The translations under genes were made by a program, and so were the position numbers. Shown here one piece after another: positions 48,217-58,562 of a stretch of DNA of 64,000 bases (position 1 is the stretch's first letter; each line of letters starts with the position of its first letter). The notes below the pieces were generated by a model, which worked only from the letters and a program-made list of their open reading frames with translations, had not been told where the DNA came from and did not search any database. Source of the stretch: Synergistales bacterium. GTDB taxonomy: Bacteria; Synergistota; Synergistia; Synergistales; JAFGMB01. The stretch is from NCBI GenBank assembly GCA_963666205.1, contig OY762654.1, positions 1,504,001 through 1,568,000 of the forward strand, written 5' to 3'.

Positions 48217-48996
48217 TCAGACCTTCTCAGCCGGACCCTCTTCCAGAAAGGATCGGAAATCCCTTACGATCTCAGGAAGGGTCTTATCCATCTCTCCCCG
48301 GCATATCTGTTCAAGTGCACGCCGTTTCTGGATAAAAGCATCCTCTATCTGTTCAATAATATAATTACACATTTCATCATCGGTCTGGTTGAAGAAGCGC
48401 TCCTCAAAGGCTATCGCTTCCTTTCTTATGCCAAAATCTATAAGACCCATGGGGAGCATGTCAAAAATGCTGTGAAGAGAAGAATAAACTCTTTTGTGAT
48501 CAACATCATCCCATTGCTGCTGAATTATCTCCCTTGCCCTCTGAGATCTGAGATCATGAAATTCGGGCCTGAGGGCTTCGTATACCTTTTTCTGGAAATC
48601 TTCCCTTATCTGACGGGCCCTGGCAAGGAAATTTGACGCCTCCCTTCTCAGGAGCAGCGCTGCCGGATTATCCTTTCCACCCTTTGCCAGAACACCGGAT
48701 ATTTCAGAGCGTAACCTTACCTCAACGTCCTTGTTGAGTTCAAAGGAATCATCGGGATTTCGAAAGAGGATACCCTGGCAGGAAAGATTTTCCAGAATGT
48801 CCTTGAGACAATTATTATTTTCCTGGCCTGCGGAGTAATCTTCCTTCCCGCAAAGACAGGTTTCACAAAGCCTCTGCTGTATTTTTTCATTTGAGAGGGG
48901 GTGCTCCATACATAAAAGGAAAAGGATCCTTGGCGTGATGTGTTGTGTAAGAAATTCAGGATCCGTTCTGCTTAAGGATCTGATGTGATCTTTCAT
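48217..48996 (-). CDS. Hypothetical protein
   Basis: 259-aa ORF with AGAGGAGG RBS; no recognised motif. Confidence 0.6.
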   Translation of the reverse strand: MKDHIRSLSRTDPEFLTQHITPRILFLLCMEHPLSNEKIQQRLCETCLCGKEDYSAGQENNNCLKDILENLSCQGILFRNPDDSFELNKDVEVRLRSEISGVLAKGGKDNPAALLLRREASNFLARARQIREDFQKKVYEALRPEFHDLRSQRAREIIQQQWDDVDHKRVYSSLHSIFDMLPMGLIDFGIRKEAIAFEERFFNQTDDEMCNYIIEQIEDAFIQKRRALEQICRGEMDKTLPEIVRDFRSFLEEGPAEKV

Positions 48997-49193
48997 TACG
49001 ATCTCCTCCTCTTTGATGTAACAGATCGAACTTCTTCTCTAACAGTATAAACGTATTTATCCTTTATAGAAAAAAATGAATAACGCCTCCAGGGCAAGAA
49101 GAAGCTGTGCTGAGAATAAACCGTTAAAGATATTGAGGAAAAGACAAGGGGAACCCTTCCCTTGGGCTCCCCTTGTTAATTCAGACTCCTTAA

Positions 49194-49997
49194 TTAGAAT
49201 ATTTCCTCAAAAAACAGGTTCATGGCCTCCCATGACCGTCTATCCGCATCAGCATTGTAGGCAGAACCCCTCGAAGGGTCATCCCCGGCTCCAGGGTTTG
49301 TAAAACTGTGAACTGCATTGCCATACATTATCAGTTGCCAGTCTACTTCAGCATCCTCCATCTCCTTACGGAAATCCATTACCTGTTCCATGGGTACATT
49401 GGGATCTGCCGCACCATGTAGAACCAGAATCTTTGCCTTTATATTCCCGGCATCTTTTGGGTCTGGCGTATCAAGGTTGCCGTGAAAACTTACCGCACCA
49501 AGAATGTCAGATCCACTTCTGGCCTGTTCCAGGGCAACTCCTCCACCAAAACAATATCCGATTGTTGCTATCCTGTCAGGGTAAACCTGAGGAAGTTTTT
49601 TAATCTCGGTTAGAGCAGCATTTGCCCTTTCTCTCATAAGGACACGATCCTTTCGGTAAATGCCCGCCTGTCTGGCCGATTCTTCCCTGTTAGAAGGACG
49701 AACACCTTTGCCATAAATATCAGCAGCAAAGGCAAAATAACCAAGTTCCGCAAGCATGCGACATCTTTCGAGGATCTGGGGATTGATCCCGTTCCACTCA
49801 TGAACAACGATTATTCCCGGTCTTTTGCCTTCCATTTCCTCATCCCAGGCGACAAAACCTTCCAGAACCGTTCCTTTGTGGCTGTATTCATGGTACTTCT
49901 CCTTTATCATGGATGATTCACCTCCGGATACTGCGGCAAGGAGCAATATAAATACAATGACAGGTATGTAAACAACAGGAAAAAGTCTCTGATACAT
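49194..49997 (-). CDS. Dienelactone hydrolase family protein
   Basis: HEWNG, GYCFGG, HG..DP, HSFT. Confidence 0.9.
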   Translation of the reverse strand: MYQRLFPVVYIPVIVFILLLAAVSGGESSMIKEKYHEYSHKGTVLEGFVAWDEEMEGKRPGIIVVHEWNGINPQILERCRMLAELGYFAFAADIYGKGVRPSNREESARQAGIYRKDRVLMRERANAALTEIKKLPQVYPDRIATIGYCFGGGVALEQARSGSDILGAVSFHGNLDTPDPKDAGNIKAKILVLHGAADPNVPMEQVMDFRKEMEDAEVDWQLIMYGNAVHSFTNPGAGDDPSRGSAYNADADRRSWEAMNLFFEEIF

Positions 49998-50334
49998 TTC
50001 TCTCATTCCTCCTTTATACAAGCACTCTTCTAACTATCTAATTATACAAGCATATAGGCGGCTTGATAAAGATTCACAAGATAATATTTCAATAAGACAT
50101 CTTATAAGAAGAACAAAAAAAGGGCCGGATTTCTCCGGCCCTTAAAAAGGGGAGGTTGCTCAAATCTTGGCGCTTCATAAGTGTTTATTATTCAATGCAA
50201 TTATTTTGTCTATATAACTTAATGTTAAGTATAACAAACATTTTTAATAACGCAATGACTAGAAATTGCCCTCAATACCCTTGGAGAGTATTTATTGCCG
50301 GTATTTGCACAAATACTTTCATTTTCAGATATTT

Positions 50335-51546
50335 TCAGCTCATATTACTTCCAGAAGTGAGGGTTCTTTTCATCCAGACCTTGAAAGCGTTATAAAGATA
50401 TCCAGGAGCCAGGTCCAGGTAGTTGCTGAACCACCCCGGCTTGAAAGCTGCAGCATCTTCGGTCATCTGAAGGGATATTGCATTTACAGGACAGGCCATT
50501 ACGCAGAGTCCGCAGCCTATACAGCGCATCCTGTCGAAGTTGATCTTTCCGTCAACTAAAGATAACGCCCCCATAGGACAGGCTTTCAAACATTTACCAC
50601 ATTTTATGCAGCTGTTCTCCTCGATTTCGGGTATATATCGGGGTCTGCTTATGAGGCTGGGAGCATTGAACTGATTTATGGTTTTCATTGCATGACAGCA
50701 GCATCCGCAGCACGAACAGCTGGAGTTTCCATTGGGTTTACCCGTAATGTCGTTCATCATCCAGCTAACGCATCCCTGTTCTTCAGCGTAACGCTTGATG
50801 GCAATTATCTCCTCTTTATCGCTTCGGCGCATGAGCCCCCTATCGATGAACCTTACCGCAGTAGGTCCCATAGTGACACAGTTTTCCAGGGGCTTACCAC
50901 AACCTTTCCCTTCAAGCTGAGTTGTCATACGACACTGGCACATGCCCACCGCAAAATCATCGTAGGGTTCAATAGCCTCCTCCAGACGATCCGAAGGCAG
51001 GGCCATGTAGAGGGTCTTTACTACTCCTCCTACAGGCAGATAACGAACGATGGGCTGCACTTTGCCCGTATAATCAGCTATGTAGCCATCATCCCATATA
51101 CTCTCAAAAAGGTTTGCAAAACCCTGATGCCAGCTATTACGGGTTGATATATCTGGAGTCATGAGAGCCATTTCAAAGGTTCCGGGCACAATGGGCATTA
51201 GGGTGTATTTCCGGGGCTCCCCCCAGGCTAGAACAACACGTTTATTGAAGGAAAGGGAATCCAGGATCCGCTCAACTTCCCGAAGAGGACGACCGGAACG
51301 GGCAGCTACCTTTGCAGCCGTCCGGGGGCGAAGGGGCGGAAGGTACTGTACAAGCTCTGCCTCCTCGACGGAGTACATGTGCATGACCATTGCCAGCAGA
51401 TCTTCAGAAGGCTCCGGGCCCAAAAGCAGAGGCGAAGCATAGTATTTCAATATCCTGTGATGGGCAGCCGTGGGGACAGTCGCACTCTCAAAACCCGTCA
51501 TTTTAGCGTTAAGATCTATATTAAGCTTCACTATTTTCGATGTCAT
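50335..51546 (-). CDS. 4Fe-4S dicluster domain protein
   Basis: C.CR..GC..P.ENC, CSCCGCCC, two CxxCxxCxxxCP motifs. Confidence 0.85.
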   Translation of the reverse strand: MTSKIVKLNIDLNAKMTGFESATVPTAAHHRILKYYASPLLLGPEPSEDLLAMVMHMYSVEEAELVQYLPPLRPRTAAKVAARSGRPLREVERILDSLSFNKRVVLAWGEPRKYTLMPIVPGTFEMALMTPDISTRNSWHQGFANLFESIWDDGYIADYTGKVQPIVRYLPVGGVVKTLYMALPSDRLEEAIEPYDDFAVGMCQCRMTTQLEGKGCGKPLENCVTMGPTAVRFIDRGLMRRSDKEEIIAIKRYAEEQGCVSWMMNDITGKPNGNSSCSCCGCCCHAMKTINQFNAPSLISRPRYIPEIEENSCIKCGKCLKACPMGALSLVDGKINFDRMRCIGCGLCVMACPVNAISLQMTEDAAAFKPGWFSNYLDLAPGYLYNAFKVWMKRTLTSGSNMS

Positions 51547-51571
51547 TGCTCTCGCTCACTCCTGAATAACA

Positions 51572-51605
51572 AATGGGGTCAGACCTTGATTTTAACCGTA
51601 TGTAT
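51572..51605 (-). repeat. 34-bp RAYT-associated repeat, copy 1 (inverted)
   Basis: Reverse complement of ATACATACGGTTAAAATCAAGGTCTGACCCCATT. Confidence 0.9.
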
Positions 51606-51680
51606 ACTATTATTTTTTAATGGACAGTTTGTAATGATCGCAAACATTTTCATTCTGAAAGGAGTATTTTTTCTTGCCCG

Positions 51681-52193
51681 TCAGTTCACAAGTCCCTTAT
51701 CATCAGGGCTTCTCTTTAAATAGATACCTTTCGGCCTTTTACTGTCTGCCTTAAGGTCAGAGGGGATAAAGCTGTAACTGGGCAGAAGATAGGGTCCATA
51801 GGGCCCGGCAGCGGTGATATTTCGCAGGTATTCGGTGGCCATTGAATAAAGGAGGGATGATCCCTGAACGTAGATTAAGGGTGCAAATCTTTTTCTGTTT
51901 TCATCCGATGCTTCTTTCATTCCGGGACAAACAAAGAAACCTTCAAGACTCAGGGAAAAATCATAGGGTATTTTCGATCTGTCAACCTTATTAGATAAGC
52001 CTATCAGTAAACTGACTTTCCATCTGGATGGATCTTCCTGATGGTTCATCAGGGTGGCTCTTACCTCGATCTGTCCTTCCTGTTTCTCCCCCTTTTTATA
52101 ACCCGGGGAAGCTGTACATAAGGTACGGGTATAGAAATAACGTTCAAGCCGGAACAGAGGTGTGATTTCTTTTCCTGATCCTTTATCTGCCAA
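51681..52193 (-). CDS. SecB-like chaperone
   Basis: PYDFSL.LEGFF, G.SLLYS...EYL..IT..GPYG...LPS..F; TTG start after GGAGG. Confidence 0.65.
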   Translation of the reverse strand: MADKGSGKEITPLFRLERYFYTRTLCTASPGYKKGEKQEGQIEVRATLMNHQEDPSRWKVSLLIGLSNKVDRSKIPYDFSLSLEGFFVCPGMKEASDENRKRFAPLIYVQGSSLLYSMATEYLRNITAAGPYGPYLLPSYSFIPSDLKADSKRPKGIYLKRSPDDKGLVN

Positions 52194-52290
52194 GGTATAC
52201 CTCCAGAAATCTCTTTTTATCAACTCTTTCAGAAAATAGCAAAGATTCGGAGAGAAAATACCAACTGGTCTCTCCGATGTTTTATCTTAA

Positions 52291-52506
52291 CTAGACATCC
52301 TCAAGGAGTTGTTTAAGTTTTTCCATCTCAATATCAGACAGGGTAACACCCTTACCCATCTTCTGGTGATCAGGTGACCATTCTCTGATATCGTACTTCG
52401 GTTCTCTATCATTCCAGCTTACAAGATTAAGCTCCTTGGTCCATCCTTTGGAAGACTCGGAGATTACACCGAAACTTTGGGTTATCTCAAATTTGAATTC
52501 AGCCAC
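52291..52506 (-). CDS. YdbC/PC4-like ssDNA-binding protein
   Basis: KGWTKELNLVSWN..EPKYDIREWSPDH.KMGKGVTL. Confidence 0.88.
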   Translation of the reverse strand: MAEFKFEITQSFGVISESSKGWTKELNLVSWNDREPKYDIREWSPDHQKMGKGVTLSDIEMEKLKQLLEDV

Positions 52507-52559
52507 TGTATTTCCACCTGCCCTTAAAATGTATCAGGCAATTATTGTAACAGAAGATA

Positions 52560-53411
52560 CTAATTCCTGAATTTTCTTACTGCTTTGCTTACAGTACTGT
52601 AGTGTACTCTGAAATGCCTTGCGATCTCTGCCTGGCTGTAATTACCGGAAAAATATGCCTCTGCCATGGCCTCTTTTCTATTCGAATATTTAGCCTCAAA
52701 ATCTTCCAGTTCCTTCAGCGGTTTACGTTTCTGCTCACGGGCAATATTCGAAAGATCTCCCTCTAACTGGATTTTGTTCTGCATGGCAGATACAAAGTCC
52801 TCATCTCCAAGGTAGATCTGCTGCTGGATACTTTTCATCAGGTCCGTTCCTCCTGTTATCCCATCCAGGACATAAGCCGCGTAAAGGTCCTGTTTCTTTT
52901 TCAAACCCGACCTGCAGTCAGCAACAACACTGAGGATCCACTCAGTGTTCAGCCATTCCGGAGATGGACCCAGCCCTGCTGTCGATCTGTAACTGCTCCA
53001 GAACCAGTCTTCTGGTTTCTCAACCAGTTCAGCCCTCACCGGATTCAGGACAACGTACCTGGCCAGTTCAAGGAGGTAATTTTCTTTATCTACAAGAATG
53101 GATTTGTACCGCCCCTGGAAAAGATGTCCCGTTCGGCCATGGGTGTGGTTGAAAGACTGTGTATATATTCCGTTGAGGAGTCTCATTCCCTCAGAAAGGG
53201 TTGCTTGAGGTGTTTCAATAACAAAATGGTAGTGGTTATCCATAAAACACCATGCATATGTGATCCATTTCAGCCTGTCATTGATATCACTATATATCTG
53301 AAGAAAACGATTCCGATCGTTGTCATTCAGAAATATCTGCTGTTTGTTGTCGCCCCGGGATATGACATGATAGAGAGCTCCGGGAAACTCTATTCGAAGT
53401 GGTCTGGCCAT
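52560..53411 (-). mobile_element. REP-associated tyrosine transposase (RAYT, Y1 HUH) with C-terminal HTH
   Basis: MARPLRIEFPGALYHV.SRG, CFM.NHYH, HLFQGRYKS, YVVLNPVRA, WSSY. Confidence 0.9.
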
Positions 53412-53427
53412 AATTGAGTATAATAGC

Positions 53428-53461
53428 ATACATACGGTTAAAATCAAGGTCTGACCCCATT
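53428..53461 (+). repeat. 34-bp RAYT-associated repeat, copy 2
   Basis: ATACATACGGTTAAAATCAAGGTCTGACCCCATT immediately upstream of the RAYT start. Confidence 0.9.
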
Positions 53462-53578
53462 CTTTTGGGACCTGAGTCCCTTTATTTTGATACACAAGTC
53501 CCGATAAAAAGAGAAAAGATACTGTATAGTGATATTTGTTATTATTTTTATCTGAAAATTATTCAACTTTATTTGAAC

Positions 53579-53683
53579 CAAAGCTACGGGTCTAGAGCCT
53601 TAGAGGCCATGACCGCCAAGCTGCCGACACTCTTTATTTGCCCTTCGATAACTTAACCCCGGGCAGAGAACCCGGGGTTTTTT
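53579..53683 (+). ncRNA. 3' half of a c-di-GMP-I (GEMM)-like riboswitch followed by an intrinsic terminator
   Basis: CAAAGCTACGGGTCTA...ATGACCGCCAAGCTGCCGA resembles GEMM P3/P1-3'; the 5' GGCAAA/GAAA P2 arm is not recognisable; AACCCCGGG..CCCGGGGTTTTTT terminator. Confidence 0.45.
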
Positions 53684-53843
53684 ATTATTTGATCATGAAA
53701 GGAGGAATTTTTGTCTTTTAATTCAAGAGAGAATTGAGTGGAAAGCATGTCTTTTAGAGAGATTCATCCTTAGCAAATCTTAATAATCTTTTGAGAGAAA
53801 TGTTCAAACCTGAAAAACACATCTGACAAAGGAGAGATGATCC

Positions 53844-56180
53844 ATGCGCAGAATATGTTTAGCTTTATTATTGTTGATGTTCTTTGTATTACCCGCTTGT
53901 GCCCTTGAGTTCGTAACAGAAACGGTGGATGAGGGAAGTATGCAGGGTGAAAAGACTTCCCTGGTATTCGATAGTGAGGGTAATCCCCACATTTCCTTCC
54001 TGGGAGATAATCAATATTCACTCAAGTATGCCTGGTTCGACGGAACCGACTGGATAGTCCAGACTATTGATACTTCTAATTACGGAGACAGATTCGCAAA
54101 CGCCACATCTATTGCCCTTGACCAAAGCGGGAATCCTCATATCAGTTACTTCCTCGGGTGTGACTACAGAGACCTTAAATATGCCTGGTTTGACGGTACT
54201 GACTGGCATACAGAAACCGTTGACAGTGAGGGAGATGTTGGGAAACACTCATCCATAGCCATCGATTCCCAGGGTAACCCCCACATCGGATATCACACAG
54301 ATGACGAAACAAATGACCTGAAATATGCTCAAAAACTCAATGGGCATTGGATAATCGAGACAGTGATATCTGGAGAGATAAACTGTGCCCACAGTTCCAT
54401 GGTCCTTGATGGCAACGACAACCCCCATTTCAGCTACAAGTATGGATGTTGGGAAAATAGCAATCTATATTACGTATATTATGACGGAACAGACTGGGTT
54501 GAACCACAAGAGGTGGATTCCGGAGACCATACAGGCTTCGATTCCTCCATTACCCTTGATGGAAATGGAACACCCCATATCAGCTACTTTGACTCTTCAT
54601 ACGATGACCTTAAATTTGCTTTCCTTTCCGGAGATCAGTGGGTCACATCAACCGTTGATTCTGACGGTTATACAGGCGAATCTTCTTCCATAAAGGTCGA
54701 TTCAGATGGTTATGTACATATCAGCTACTTCGACTCTTCATACGATGACCTTAAATATGCTTTCTACGACGGGAATGAGTGGACTTTAACGACTATAGAT
54801 TCGGAAGGTTATGTTGGACAGGATACATCCCTTGCCCTCGATCTTTCAGGAAATCCCTCAATAAGTTACTACGACAGCAGTAACGAGGATCTTAAATATG
54901 CCTCCTTCGACGGACAGGAATGGAATGTCCAGACCGTACCGATGGCAGGAGGACCTCGTGGTTACTATCCCGATATGGTACTTGATTCGGCTGAAAATCC
55001 ACATATGGTCTATACTTCCCGAACCTACTACTACGGTGACGATGATGACGACGATGACAGTCCTGTCTTCTATGCTTATCATGATGGCACCGAGTGGCAA
55101 AAAGAGGTTATTGCCATGGGTGACAGCTATAGCTATGGAGCTTCCCTGGCCATGGATGACAATGATGTTCCTCATGTACTTTTTGGGGACTCTTATTATT
55201 CCCCTGAAACTGGCTCAAATTCCGAGCTGAGATACGGTGTTCTTTCAAACGGTAGCTGGGAATTTGAAACAGTGGCTTTCGGTGACAGTTATACTTCCCT
55301 GGCCGTAGAGGGAAATGGAACTCCCCATATCTCTTTTGTTGGCAGAACCATTATGGATCCAGCAGAACTCGGATCTTCCGCATCATATTCTGATATTCTC
55401 TGTTACGGTGTAAAAAACGAAGATTCCTGGAATATCACATCTGTAGATAATGCTAATGGAGAATTCAGGCAGAATACCATCGCCCTCGACTCTGACAATA
55501 ACCCGCATATATGCTATCTCAACTATGATTATTACGATAGCGAATATCAATTAAAATACGCCGTTGATTTAAGTGGCAGCTGGGATATACAGACCATCGT
55601 ATCGGACATACGGGTTGAAGCAATCGATTTAGCCATAGATGAAACGGGTATACCCCATATCGCTTTGACAAAATCGATTGACTACCTTGAAGATAAGTCT
55701 TTGAAACCATCCGACTCAGGAAATTATGAACTTGCCTACGCTACTCTGATCGATGATGAATGGGTAATGGAATCGGTAGACACCATTGGCTATTTCAGAG
55801 GAGGTAAGATCTCCATAGCTTTAGACTCGGACAACAATCCTCACATAACTTACAGATGGGTTTCAGGAGATTTACGAAAGGGAGACATTGGAGAGACAGG
55901 AGAAACTGAACTCAAATATGCCTATCATGACGGTTCTTCATGGCATACGGCTGTGCTTGAAACTGGAACTATGTCCGAATTTGGCATCTATTCTTCCCTG
56001 GCACTGGATAGCGGAAATGTTCCACACATCGTCTACTTTACAGGAACTGGTGTGGATTACGGCACGGTGGAAGGGACTGGACTCTCCTCCAGCGGAGGAA
56101 ACTGCGGGGTGGCCTTCTTCACTCCATCCCTTTTACTGCTTTTACTTCCTCTAGTAGGGCTAATGAAAAAAAGTAACTAG
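53844..56180 (+). CDS. Secreted acidic beta-propeller-repeat protein with Synergist-CTERM-type tail
   Basis: About 47-aa repeats S.ALD..G.PHISY....DLKYA...W..ETVD; C-terminal SSSGGNCG + TM + KK. Confidence 0.8.
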   Translation: MRRICLALLLLMFFVLPACALEFVTETVDEGSMQGEKTSLVFDSEGNPHISFLGDNQYSLKYAWFDGTDWIVQTIDTSNYGDRFANATSIALDQSGNPHISYFLGCDYRDLKYAWFDGTDWHTETVDSEGDVGKHSSIAIDSQGNPHIGYHTDDETNDLKYAQKLNGHWIIETVISGEINCAHSSMVLDGNDNPHFSYKYGCWENSNLYYVYYDGTDWVEPQEVDSGDHTGFDSSITLDGNGTPHISYFDSSYDDLKFAFLSGDQWVTSTVDSDGYTGESSSIKVDSDGYVHISYFDSSYDDLKYAFYDGNEWTLTTIDSEGYVGQDTSLALDLSGNPSISYYDSSNEDLKYASFDGQEWNVQTVPMAGGPRGYYPDMVLDSAENPHMVYTSRTYYYGDDDDDDDSPVFYAYHDGTEWQKEVIAMGDSYSYGASLAMDDNDVPHVLFGDSYYSPETGSNSELRYGVLSNGSWEFETVAFGDSYTSLAVEGNGTPHISFVGRTIMDPAELGSSASYSDILCYGVKNEDSWNITSVDNANGEFRQNTIALDSDNNPHICYLNYDYYDSEYQLKYAVDLSGSWDIQTIVSDIRVEAIDLAIDETGIPHIALTKSIDYLEDKSLKPSDSGNYELAYATLIDDEWVMESVDTIGYFRGGKISIALDSDNNPHITYRWVSGDLRKGDIGETGETELKYAYHDGSSWHTAVLETGTMSEFGIYSSLALDSGNVPHIVYFTGTGVDYGTVEGTGLSSSGGNCGVAFFTPSLLLLLLPLVGLMKKSN

Positions 56181-56208
56181 CTTCTAATACAATATATTCG
56201 TGTTATAT

Positions 56209-56239
56209 GAGGGCGGGCAACTTCCGCCCTCTTTTTTTT
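56209..56239 (+). terminator. Rho-independent terminator
   Basis: GAGGGCGG-N6-CCGCCCTC + T-run. Confidence 0.75.
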
Positions 56240-56290
56240 ATTTGTCAATGCAGTTTTAAGTGGGAAAAATGATATCGCAACATATATTGC

Positions 56291-56324
56291 ATACATACGG
56301 TTAAAATCAAGGTCTGACCCCATT
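56291..56324 (+). repeat. 34-bp RAYT-associated repeat, copy 3
   Basis: Identical to 53428-53461. Confidence 0.9.
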
Positions 56325-56421
56325 TTTTGTTGACTCATGGAAGTTATTCTTCTATGCTTTCAAATACAACTTAAATTCCAGATCCATATCCATCTTACGT
56401 CGAAGGGAGCTTATACCTTAT

Positions 56422-58500
56422 ATGAACCTTTATCTCAGAAAGAACATTCTTTTTCTTATTTTATGTTCTTCCTTACTCATGTTGTTATCCACATCAGCAG
56501 TGGCAGGAAGCTTTGCCCCCCTTAACCCGGCTTTTATCCAATACCAGGAGGAACAGAAATTCAAACCATCAGGTACTGGATCTCCCTTCTTTGGAAGGAC
56601 TCCCTCTCCCGTAGACCTTTCACATCTCAAGGGGATATCCCTTTCGGCACAGGTTCAGGAATATCCGGCAAGTTACGACCTTAGGGAACTGGGATTTGTT
56701 ACTCCTGTAAGGAACCAGAACCCTTACGGTTCATGCTGGACCTTCGGTGCCCTTGCCTCCCTGGAATCTACATCCCTCAAACTGAGAGGGAAAGAGCTCG
56801 ATCTTTCGGAACGCTACATGATGTACTTTGCCTACATAGATGAGCTGGATCTTCCAGGTTTCGGCAACTGCACTTCTGCAGACTTTCCATGGACTGCTGA
56901 TTTTGGAGGGGACGACTACAGGGCTACGGCCCTTCTTTCGAGATGGACTGGTGCTGTTCTGGAAGAAGATGCACCCTATGATGACCTGGACTGTATCCCC
57001 ACAGGCTTTGAGAATGACGCAATTCATCTTCAACATGTACTCTATCTGCCCATGGATCAGGAGACCCGATATCCAAAGGCAAACATAAACAATATCAAGT
57101 ATGCCCTCACAAATTATGGTGCCGTTTCGGTCGGAGTATGGGCCAATGATGCAATGGGAGGGGGATGGAACACTTCTGATTACTACAACCCTTTCACATA
57201 CGCCGCCTATATTCCGGAAGACAATCCAGATGATCTGACAGTGGGCTGGGCCAATCATGAGGTAAGTATCGTGGGATGGGATGATAATTTTGCATCAGCC
57301 GACTTTGCTACCCAGCCTCCGGGAGATGGGGCCTGGATCGTAAGGAACAGCTGGGGGACCAACTGGGGAGATGAGGGTTATTACTACCTCTCTTATTATG
57401 ACGCTGTCCTGGACACAGGGGCTGCCTATATAGGAGAGGATCCCGACAATTACCGCAATATTTACCAGTATGACCCCCTGGGATGGATCATCAGTTATTC
57501 ACCGGTTGCTCAGGGAAATGAAACAGCCTGGTTCGCAAATGTATTCACTTCACAGCAGACGGAATTTCTCAAGGCTGCAAGTTTCTACGCCGGCGGAGTG
57601 AACAACACTTACGAGATCTACATCTATGACCACATAGGGGGCGAACTGATCTGCGGACCTCAGGCCGGTACTTTGAATGAACCAGGATATCATACAGTTC
57701 TCCTGGACAAGCCCGTTCTTTTTGAAAAGGGGAAAGAACTGGCTATTGCTGTAAAACTCACAACACCAGGATACGCATATCCCATAGCCATAGAATTTAA
57801 TATTTCAGGTTATAGTGACAAAGCATCCGCCCTTCCGGGTCAGAGTTACATAAGCCTGGATGGACAGAACTGGACAGACACCACAACTGTCGATGCCTCA
57901 TTGAATGTCTGCCTTAAAGGATTTACAGGTCATTTGCCCCTGGAAATATCCGGATTGAACAATATCAAGAATAACGACCTGACAAGCACAAGCTCAGCGG
58001 ATCTTGCCTTGGATAATGCAGAGGAAGATCTGGCAGAAGTTGATCCTGCCTTATTCGGATTATCCCTTTCTGAAGACGAATATCTTGCCCTGTCAATGAT
58101 AGATTACCGCATTCTTTCAGGAGATATGGAGACTGAACAGTCAAGCGTGGTTATGGGAAGTTCACTTATTCCCCCGACTGCTGGAAAAGGGAAATACATC
58201 TTCCTGCTGGCATTCAATTATGAAACAGGAAAGTTTGATATCCTCTCTGTAACGGGATCAGACACCATCTCGCCAGGAAGCACTTCTCCATCGATCTCGA
58301 TAACCGATGGCGGCCCTTACGAAGATCCAGGTATTCCAGACGGAAAGTTAAGCAACGCAACAATGATGGAAGTGGTTGCGGAAGCTACACCTGCACCACC
58401 ATCAGCCGGAGGAGGCGGAGGTGGATGTTTAACAGCTTCTTCACCAGCTTCAGCAATATTTATTCTACCTTTCCTCATAATCCTCCTTGGAAAGAGGTAA
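56422..58500 (+). CDS. Papain-family (C1A) cysteine peptidase + lectin-like domain, Synergist-CTERM-type tail
   Basis: QNPYGSCWTF, NHEV.IVGWDD, RNSWG..WG..GY; YQYDPLGW lectin-like region; GGGGGGC + TM + KR. Confidence 0.9.
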   Translation: MNLYLRKNILFLILCSSLLMLLSTSAVAGSFAPLNPAFIQYQEEQKFKPSGTGSPFFGRTPSPVDLSHLKGISLSAQVQEYPASYDLRELGFVTPVRNQNPYGSCWTFGALASLESTSLKLRGKELDLSERYMMYFAYIDELDLPGFGNCTSADFPWTADFGGDDYRATALLSRWTGAVLEEDAPYDDLDCIPTGFENDAIHLQHVLYLPMDQETRYPKANINNIKYALTNYGAVSVGVWANDAMGGGWNTSDYYNPFTYAAYIPEDNPDDLTVGWANHEVSIVGWDDNFASADFATQPPGDGAWIVRNSWGTNWGDEGYYYLSYYDAVLDTGAAYIGEDPDNYRNIYQYDPLGWIISYSPVAQGNETAWFANVFTSQQTEFLKAASFYAGGVNNTYEIYIYDHIGGELICGPQAGTLNEPGYHTVLLDKPVLFEKGKELAIAVKLTTPGYAYPIAIEFNISGYSDKASALPGQSYISLDGQNWTDTTTVDASLNVCLKGFTGHLPLEISGLNNIKNNDLTSTSSADLALDNAEEDLAEVDPALFGLSLSEDEYLALSMIDYRILSGDMETEQSSVVMGSSLIPPTAGKGKYIFLLAFNYETGKFDILSVTGSDTISPGSTSPSISITDGGPYEDPGIPDGKLSNATMMEVVAEATPAPPSAGGGGGGCLTASSPASAIFILPFLIILLGKR

Positions 58501-58535
58501 TAGGATTTTTAATCTTCATGGTCCGATTTATTCAG

Positions 58536-58562
58536 AGGGTGGGAATTCCCACCCTTTTTTTA
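58536..58562 (+). terminator. Rho-independent terminator
   Basis: AGGGTGGG-AATT-CCCACCCT + T-run. Confidence 0.75.
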
